IMG/VR virus record: IMGVR_UViG_3300045049_000270
Strand: one strand, 5' to 3'
Length of the DNA stretch: 64,000 nt
Source of the DNA: a virus
Lineage: Duplodnaviria > Heunggongvirae > Uroviricota > Caudoviricetes
Part shown: positions 57,510 to 64,000 of the stretch, piece after piece
Position numbering within the stretch: position 1 is the stretch's first letter
How the letters are laid out: every line of letters starts with the position of its first letter
Program-made: the position numbers and the translations under genes
Notes under the pieces: generated by a model
Seen by the model: only the letters and a program-made list of their open reading frames with translations
Database searches by the model: none
What the model was told of the DNA's origin: nothing

Positions 57510-58520
57510 TCAACCATGTTTTGACATGAAATATTCGTCTAACCACTGCCAATTGTAACTCAGTAGCAATTTGTCATAATCGCCATCTACTGCCTCGAAA
57601 TACTCAATAGCATCTTGAGCTCCCATTTGGCTCCATTCACTATATTGACCATCTGATGGACTCAACCAAGTATTGAGCCTATGCAATGCCATAGGGTCGC
57701 CTTGATTCTTATATAGTTGCAATTTCAATGCTTCACGAAATGCAGTGCGCCAGGTAAGTGCTGGTGTCGCATTGAACAATGCGACACCAGACATTATTGG
57801 CACTGATTTATAACTTTGTGCCATAGTAAAATCAATCTGATTGCCTGGGTGTGTTTCTACCAATTCTCGGTTATAGGCAATCACTGCTTGATGTCCGTAC
57901 ACCAAGCCATTTACCGGATTCAAAGCTTCAAACACATAATGTCTTTTTTCATGAATCGAACAAGTCCAAGACCAGTCGAATTTTTCATCAATTTTAATTT
58001 TGGCAAATACTGCAAAGAAGCAATGGGTATTGGCTAGTTTTGCCGCTTCCTTAAATGCCTCAGTGCGATTGGGTACCCCAGAAATGCGCAGAAGGCGATT
58101 TGGCGCTCTCCTAATAAGTTGTTCGAGCCTAGCCCAGTTATCTTCGGCCATCGGCTCTCCATTTGAAATAAAGACAATATCAAATGGATTATTAGCTGAG
58201 CGCGAGGCAACGATATCAACCTCATTCACATCATCGAAATCTGGTTTTTGAATGTGTTTGGGGATTAGTTTGATACCATAAGAACCATTTGTATTCAAAA
58301 ACGCAAATACTCGATTCATTTTGGATGGATCAGCCATATAATCAAACTTGAATGTATCGAGAACTATAGTATCTTCCCATACTACCCAATACAAACGAGT
58401 CAATGATCGTTTTCGCGCATCGGCCACGGTTTCAACCAATTTAGCCATGGGAAACCGCTGTTTGAGTTTCATGAACTCCGGGTGATCTTGATTTTTGGAT
58501 ACGAAGAAAATGTCATACAT
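57510..58520 (-). CDS. glycosyltransferase-like protein (duplicated DI.F.S modules)
   Basis: YDIFFVS and FDIVFISNGE; NPVNGLVYG; WRTAFRE..KL. Confidence 0.55.
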   Translation of the reverse strand: MYDIFFVSKNQDHPEFMKLKQRFPMAKLVETVADARKRSLTRLYWVVWEDTIVLDTFKFDYMADPSKMNRVFAFLNTNGSYGIKLIPKHIQKPDFDDVNEVDIVASRSANNPFDIVFISNGEPMAEDNWARLEQLIRRAPNRLLRISGVPNRTEAFKEAAKLANTHCFFAVFAKIKIDEKFDWSWTCSIHEKRHYVFEALNPVNGLVYGHQAVIAYNRELVETHPGNQIDFTMAQSYKSVPIMSGVALFNATPALTWRTAFREALKLQLYKNQGDPMALHRLNTWLSPSDGQYSEWSQMGAQDAIEYFEAVDGDYDKLLLSYNWQWLDEYFMSKHG

Positions 58521-59418
58521 CTTTGAACTTCACTTCCCTTTTCCATTGTGAAATTGCGCCTTGTGAAGTGCCATCCTTGACACCACAAACTCGTCTACAG
58601 GTTGGATTGGGGTCAGTATTCAACATTCCCAATACTTCGTCAATAACGTTATTCATCCCTCGAACACCATTATCATTCCGCATATCTGATCGCATGCCGA
58701 TGAAACAACATGGATAAAATTCACCTAATGAATTCACGTAAACACTTTTCTCTTTCAATGCTTGACATTCAACTTTGTCCGCCACCATGTATTCTTTATC
58801 GTTCACTTTCTTTAACCATTGCACCGTATGATGTACTGGTCTCAAAGTTTCCTTTGTTTTGAATAAGGTGAAACCCATTGATCTAGCAAGCATCTCAGCT
58901 TTGTCTACTTGATGTTTGTTATGTTCAAAAACCAACATATCCCAATGGGCATTTCCACCAGCTTCTATAAATGCTGTAGCATTCGCCATTATTTTGTCCC
59001 ATTGAGAATCTCGACGATATATTTGATTAGTATCCTCAAGTCCATCTATAGACCAAATAACATAGCTGTTCTGCCCAAGGACTATGGCAAGTTCAGCCCA
59101 CCATTTTGGTGTACGCAGGCTGCCATTTGTATTCATCCCCAAGTAGATAGATGGATTGACTTCTCTGAAGTAACGATAGATGTCGATGCAGTCTTTCGCG
59201 GCGGCGGGCTCACCAAAACTACCACACATATACATACGATCTAGATTACTAATGAATTCTGGGGTGAATGTCGTTTTAGCTAGATCAAGAGTCATATCTC
59301 CATGGCGAAGGAAATCATTGGATAGATCTCCTTCGGTGCGAGGACATTGTGGGCAACGAAGATTGCAAGTTGTGGTTGGTTCTAAATGTAGAACTTTGAC
59401 GTCGTAAAGTAAGCTCAT
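58513..59418 (-). CDS. radical SAM protein with SPASM/twitch-like Cys cluster
   Basis: CNLRCPQC; GEP; TNGS; C-terminal C...PCC...C...C. Confidence 0.88.
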   Translation of the reverse strand: MSLLYDVKVLHLEPTTTCNLRCPQCPRTEGDLSNDFLRHGDMTLDLAKTTFTPEFISNLDRMYMCGSFGEPAAAKDCIDIYRYFREVNPSIYLGMNTNGSLRTPKWWAELAIVLGQNSYVIWSIDGLEDTNQIYRRDSQWDKIMANATAFIEAGGNAHWDMLVFEHNKHQVDKAEMLARSMGFTLFKTKETLRPVHHTVQWLKKVNDKEYMVADKVECQALKEKSVYVNSLGEFYPCCFIGMRSDMRNDNGVRGMNNVIDEVLGMLNTDPNPTCRRVCGVKDGTSQGAISQWKREVKFKDV

Positions 59419-59426
59419 GCAAGTAT

Positions 59427-60899
59427 TTAAAATACCTGCACTCCATACATAGTGCGGAAACCAACAGCATCTAACCAAGTATTAACTAATGGTTGCCCCT
59501 TGATGTTTAAACTTGTATTCAATAACATTGGACAGCCAGTAACCTGATAGAACCTATCTAATAATCCATAGAATACCGGGTTCTGCGTTTGATTCAATGT
59601 CTGCACTCGACTTGATCCATCAAAGTGGCAAATCGCTGGGAATTGCTCTGGAAATTTACATTTGGCCGTGAATTGCATATATGGAGACGTTGCCACAGGC
59701 ATATCAAAGTATTGATGAGCTAGATGCTCCAAGATGATAGGAGCAAATGGCCGGAATGGTTCACGCTTCTTGATCTTATTGATCAAATCCTTGACATGAG
59801 GACCACGAGGGTCACAAATCAAACTACGATTACCCAAAGCTCTTGGGCCAAACTCAGCACGACCATTGGCGATACCAATTGGTTCACCTTTCAATAACAA
59901 AGCCAGAGCAGCATCATAGTCTAACTCTCGCTTGATATCATATCCCAAGTATGGCGAATTCCATTGGAGGTGGCTTCCGATATGAGCAGCCACCGCTCCT
60001 ATACTAGAACCCGCATCACCCGGATTGGGCATAATCCAGATATCATCGAATATTCCCAGTTTGGCAATCTTACTATTAGCAACACAGTTCAATGCGACTC
60101 CACCCATCATAACCAGATTGCGAGATTTCATGTTCTTCGCCATCCATGTGATAGTCTGTTCCAAGTATTCCTCAACAATAGCTTGTGCTGAAGCTGCCAA
60201 GTCATAGAAATCTTGTTCCGTGTTTAGGGTAGGACGCCACCAGAGAATACCACGATGGACATTTACCTTTAGCTTGAAATCTGGGCCAGAGGAGGAACTC
60301 ACGAAGTCGCTCTTCAATGCATCCACATATTTTGGTTGCCCTAATGCCGCCATTCCCATGAGAATGTATTCCTCCTCATTGGGTTTCAATCCACATCGCT
60401 GTGTGATAGCTGAATAAAATAGGCCCAAAGAGTGAGGGTAGGATTGCGCCCAGATTTGACGTAAAGAGCCACCATACGCCTCCCAGATGCTGATACATGT
60501 CCACTCTCCGATGGCATCACAAACGAGAATGGAGGCATCTGTGAAGGGGCTAGTAAAATATCCGGCCGCAGCATGGCTTTTATGGTGTGATACTGTATGG
60601 ATGATCTTATCAGTCAATCCAACAGCACTCAAATGTTGACGGATAGAGGTAGTCTTGAATGCATGTTGATATTGTCCAGCAAATAGTTGACGACTACGCT
60701 TCAACATTGGTCGTTCATACCAGACTACTTCCTGTGGACGACCATACTTCAAACAATCTTTCAGGAGGGCTTCGTTAATATCACCATCATTCTTAGTGTG
60801 ACTATACCTTTCGGCATGACCAGCGAAGAGGATTTCATAGCCGTCAATCAGAGCTACAGATGCATCATGCCCCATGGAGACGATACCGAGATATTTCAT
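59427..60899 (-). CDS. carbamoyltransferase (NodU/CmcH family)
   Basis: HDAS, HHKSHAA, DAIGE, SLGLFY, GGVALNC, GDAG, EFGPRALGNRS, REPFRPFAP, LNTSLN. Confidence 0.95.
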   Translation of the reverse strand: MKYLGIVSMGHDASVALIDGYEILFAGHAERYSHTKNDGDINEALLKDCLKYGRPQEVVWYERPMLKRSRQLFAGQYQHAFKTTSIRQHLSAVGLTDKIIHTVSHHKSHAAAGYFTSPFTDASILVCDAIGEWTCISIWEAYGGSLRQIWAQSYPHSLGLFYSAITQRCGLKPNEEEYILMGMAALGQPKYVDALKSDFVSSSSGPDFKLKVNVHRGILWWRPTLNTEQDFYDLAASAQAIVEEYLEQTITWMAKNMKSRNLVMMGGVALNCVANSKIAKLGIFDDIWIMPNPGDAGSSIGAVAAHIGSHLQWNSPYLGYDIKRELDYDAALALLLKGEPIGIANGRAEFGPRALGNRSLICDPRGPHVKDLINKIKKREPFRPFAPIILEHLAHQYFDMPVATSPYMQFTAKCKFPEQFPAICHFDGSSRVQTLNQTQNPVFYGLLDRFYQVTGCPMLLNTSLNIKGQPLVNTWLDAVGFRTMYGVQVF

Positions 60900-60942
60900 T
60901 TGGACCCCCATTATATAACCAAATATTTATTGGAAAAATGAG

Positions 60943-61109
60943 GACTTCTCTCTGGGTTTGATGTCGTCCGTGAAGGGTCCGTAGACCCTGAAATCGATCT
61001 CAACCTCCATGAATTCCTCGTAAAGAATTGGTTAATTGATGGTAAGTTTGGTGACTTCTCTCTGGGTTTGGTATAGTTGTAGTGATCTATTGATAACCTC
61101 CATGAGTTC
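60943..61109 (+). repeat. two-unit imperfect direct repeat in non-coding DNA
   Basis: GACTTCTCTCTGGGTTTG at 60943 and 61053; AACCTCCATGARTTC at 61002 and 61095. Confidence 0.75.
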
Positions 61110-61346
61110 TTTGTGGTGTTAATTTGATTAGTTCTATCTGGTTTTAGATTCTTATCGTGCTGAGTAGTGGTGGATTTTAATGTAATATTTGTGATGGATA
61201 TGGAGGGGATTGTGATAATGAGGAAACCACCGAGTGGTTTATTTGGTGGTTATTTGTATATGAATGGATCTTTTTGTTTTAATTGTTTCATACGTTTTCG
61301 GTAAGTGATATTGTTTTTAATTTTGTTGATAATTGATTTGATCAGT

Positions 61347-62273
61347 TTAAGCATGGTTTATCCTATGGGTTAGTTTTTTTGCTACTTGATTGAATATTAG
61401 TTCTGCATAATGTTTATTGCTAAACGGTCCTGGGTGCATGCCATCACGTGCTTTTTTATTGTTGAGTTCTGGCGTGAAGAATTCCCACATAAGGAATTCT
61501 GGTAGTGATTCGGCTGATGCGTGATTTGTTATTAATTCGGATGCTTCTTGGTTCCAGCTTCCTATCAATAATGGTAGATTATTAGTTTTTGCAATTTGGG
61601 TTGCATGTTCTACGGAGCGTAGATAATCGTAATAGAGATATTCTTGATTTGCGAATTTATAGAAATGATCTTGGGCTGATGCCACCAAACTGTTTTTAAA
61701 ATTAGCGATCAACCCATATCGATGAGGTCGTGCAGAATTTAGGGTTTGGAAATACTCATGTCGACTTATATGAGGTGCCAACATAATTGCTATATCGAAT
61801 TTAACGTGAGGGGCTATTAATGATAATAGCCTTGTTTGATTGGTTATACTAGAGCCGCAAATAGCTACGTTAGCAGTTTTTATTGGAGTTTCGAAGTGAT
61901 TTTTGAGCATTTTGCTCAAAATATTGCACCATACTGCCTCATCAGGTAGACCTTCTCCAAAGGTGCAACTACAGCCTAAGAATAATATTTTAATTGATTT
62001 AGTATCAGATATAATATCTGAAAAGGACCAATCACCTCGAAACCCCAGATGATTGAAATGATATATTACATCATCCAAATGATATTGAGTTATACCCTGC
62101 GCAATCGCTTTCTTGGTGTTTGATTCTTCATAATCAGATAGGAATTTGTGGCTTCCTGGGAAAATAAGCGGCCGATGAGTTTCGTATTTTAAATTGAATT
62201 CTAATTCATCTATGTTTTTTACGGTCCAGGGAACCACCAGAGTCTTATCAATATTATGCATAACTGTAGCCAT
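61347..62273 (-). CDS. SGNH/GDSL hydrolase-like protein
   Basis: N..GFRG, FLGCSCTFGEG, N.A..GSS, RDGMHPG; minus-strand TATAAATA at 62287-62294. Confidence 0.7.
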   Translation of the reverse strand: MATVMHNIDKTLVVPWTVKNIDELEFNLKYETHRPLIFPGSHKFLSDYEESNTKKAIAQGITQYHLDDVIYHFNHLGFRGDWSFSDIISDTKSIKILFLGCSCTFGEGLPDEAVWCNILSKMLKNHFETPIKTANVAICGSSITNQTRLLSLIAPHVKFDIAIMLAPHISRHEYFQTLNSARPHRYGLIANFKNSLVASAQDHFYKFANQEYLYYDYLRSVEHATQIAKTNNLPLLIGSWNQEASELITNHASAESLPEFLMWEFFTPELNNKKARDGMHPGPFSNKHYAELIFNQVAKKLTHRINHA

Positions 62274-62300
62274 TAGTTGACTACAGTATTTATAGGGTGA

Positions 62301-63821
62301 TTAATCAGTCCCTGCTTTTGGCTTCTGATATCCTTGTGCACCAGGATTAGCATTTGATGGATTTAGAATCCATCCTTCCTTATTAGCTCTGTCCTTTAGT
62401 TTCTGCACATGATCCCATCCTTCTGTCACATCACCAGATTTAAAGAACTTAATCGGCTGTACATTGGTATCAGGAATACTATCATACCATTCCACCAGTT
62501 CTGGAAACGTTTCTCTAAAGTTTTTGCCACGTCGTTGATCATATTGAGCGTAAAAGCTTTTGAAATCGCGCATTCGGCTTTCAATACTAGAAGTCTGGCT
62601 ATGCCCTTCTGATACTTCACGCAAATATGAGATCAGACGTTTCAGACCATCAATTTCCCATGGATGCATCAATGTTTGCTGATTAAGCCAATTTGTCAAT
62701 TTATCGGCAAAGTCATTTCGCATTTCTTCTGGTAAAGTTACGGCTGCTTGGAAGCTAGGGAAACGTAGAATGTTGAATGACATCATACAAGCGAAGCTAC
62801 CAAATTCAGCCCGTAGTTTAAGCATTTCATCCATGAAATCGGTGATGCTTAATAAACATAGGCTGTTGATAGTCAACATTACATGAATTTTTTTGCAATT
62901 GCCTTTTTCAAGCATCATACGCATATTACGCGACCATTGATTCCAATCTAAACCATCACGAATGTATTCTGCGTGTTTGCCAAAAGATTCATTACTAGTA
63001 TACAGGTGGAATTCTTTGAAACTATGAGTGGCCTCGCATAATTTTTCAATGAGATCTTGTTTTGCCCCAAGATTGGTGTTCACTGCCAATCTAACATTAC
63101 AGTCTGGGTGTTCCTTCCACCAATCGAGTAATTTCCAAAAATCAGGACTCATAGTGGCTTCGCCACCAGTAACACGTAGTTCGGTTAGTGAATGTTGAAG
63201 ATCGGTTTCCCACCATTTCATGAAAGCGTCGACATACGGGTTATTTTCGTTTTTTGGACCATATGGCATTGCCCATGAACCGTCTTGTTGAAAAGCTCCG
63301 CCGCCATCTGAAATCAAATTCTGATATGGGCCATTTACTCGAACATCTTTCATCCAGGTAGTACTAAAGCTTGGATTACAATATGAGCATGCAAAATTGC
63401 AGTTTGCATCAAAAGCAATTTCTAATGTCTTTGGATTGATATCTGCTGTGCTGCCTAAAACATCTCTAGCCTCAAGTAGTTCTTCGTCAGTGTAAATTAC
63501 TGACTTGAAGACTCGATCTGACACCTTATCAGGCCCAAGACCTTCAATCTTCCAACAATACTCACATTCGTCAGGTTTTTCACCACGAAGCATTTGTTCA
63601 CGAACTGCTTTTTTGTATTCAGTATTATGAATGGCTTTGATTGAACGTTTAACTTCTTCGAGTGGAATTTTATGAGCTGGTGGGTGGTGGCAACTGGCAG
63701 TAGTTCCACTACCTAACCAGATAGTCGCATTGTAAAATTTGGCACCACAGAAAGTCGGTGACAGAGGATTTAAAACCCGGTCACGATATTCTTGATAAGA
63801 TTCATCTTTCTTTTTAGCCAT
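62301..63821 (-). CDS. radical SAM protein
   Basis: CNFACSYC; TGGE; NTN; N-terminal FC.AK...SCHHP...ECEYCW..E. Confidence 0.9.
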   Translation of the reverse strand: MAKKKDESYQEYRDRVLNPLSPTFCGAKFYNATIWLGSGTTASCHHPPAHKIPLEEVKRSIKAIHNTEYKKAVREQMLRGEKPDECEYCWKIEGLGPDKVSDRVFKSVIYTDEELLEARDVLGSTADINPKTLEIAFDANCNFACSYCNPSFSTTWMKDVRVNGPYQNLISDGGGAFQQDGSWAMPYGPKNENNPYVDAFMKWWETDLQHSLTELRVTGGEATMSPDFWKLLDWWKEHPDCNVRLAVNTNLGAKQDLIEKLCEATHSFKEFHLYTSNESFGKHAEYIRDGLDWNQWSRNMRMMLEKGNCKKIHVMLTINSLCLLSITDFMDEMLKLRAEFGSFACMMSFNILRFPSFQAAVTLPEEMRNDFADKLTNWLNQQTLMHPWEIDGLKRLISYLREVSEGHSQTSSIESRMRDFKSFYAQYDQRRGKNFRETFPELVEWYDSIPDTNVQPIKFFKSGDVTEGWDHVQKLKDRANKEGWILNPSNANPGAQGYQKPKAGTD

Positions 63822-64000
63822 TTTGTGTCAAGCAGAAATTGTAGAAATCAACCAACTCTGGGAAAACATCAGTGAAAGTGACATCACGTCTTTTATCATA
63901 TTCTTTGTAGAAGATACCAAAATCTTTATGTTGAACCTTCAGATGTTCAGTGTCTAGTGGCTCAAACATATATTCACACAATCTTTCTACTTGGTCGATT
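63814..64000 (-). CDS. radical SAM paralogue, C-terminal fragment cut by window edge
   Basis: DFGIFYKEYDKRRDVTFTDVFPELVDFY matches DFKSFYAQYDQRRGKNFRETFPELVEWY in 62301..63821. Confidence 0.7.
   Translation of the reverse strand, partial: IDQVERLCEYMFEPLDTEHLKVQHKDFGIFYKEYDKRRDVTFTDVFPELVDFYNFCLTQNG

Noticed and set aside
1-64000. Stop-codon reassignment and tRNA genes, both common in jumbo phages
   Set aside because: Conserved genes are full length in the standard code and end in TAA, TGA or TAG; no tRNA cloverleaf was recognised by eye (tRNAscan-SE would settle this).

Overview
This window is a densely coded, AT-rich segment of a large lytic dsDNA tailed phage, probably a jumbo phage with T4-like gene content and TAAATA late promoters. 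It uses the standard genetic code. From left to right it carries: (1) virion and fibre genes, a 3-TM holin and a RyR-domain protein; (2) replication and repair genes (ATP-dependent DNA ligase, UvsE, DsbA-like protein, family B DNA polymerase, sliding clamp, HhH glycosylase); (3) a 7-deazaguanine cluster (queD-like, glycosyltransferase, folE, PRTase, queE) interrupted by a free-standing endonuclease and a repeat-flanked dadA; (4) a translationally coupled array of small paralogues sharing a C-terminal 'D..A..FKL.W' motif (16 members in the window); (5) RNase H, CYTH, glutaredoxin, a GC-richer MoxR AAA plus HEXXH-VWA pair, NADAR, ClpP, RNA ligase, a Pnkp-like phosphatase, HNH, DHFR and ThyA; (6) a GIY-YIG endonuclease lying between two different versions of the thyA 3' end; (7) tail fibre genes and a radical-SAM/carbamoyltransferase/glycosyltransferase cluster. 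Three single-base frameshifts fall in short homopolymers and may be assembly errors. All family calls come from motif recognition by eye; no database search was run.
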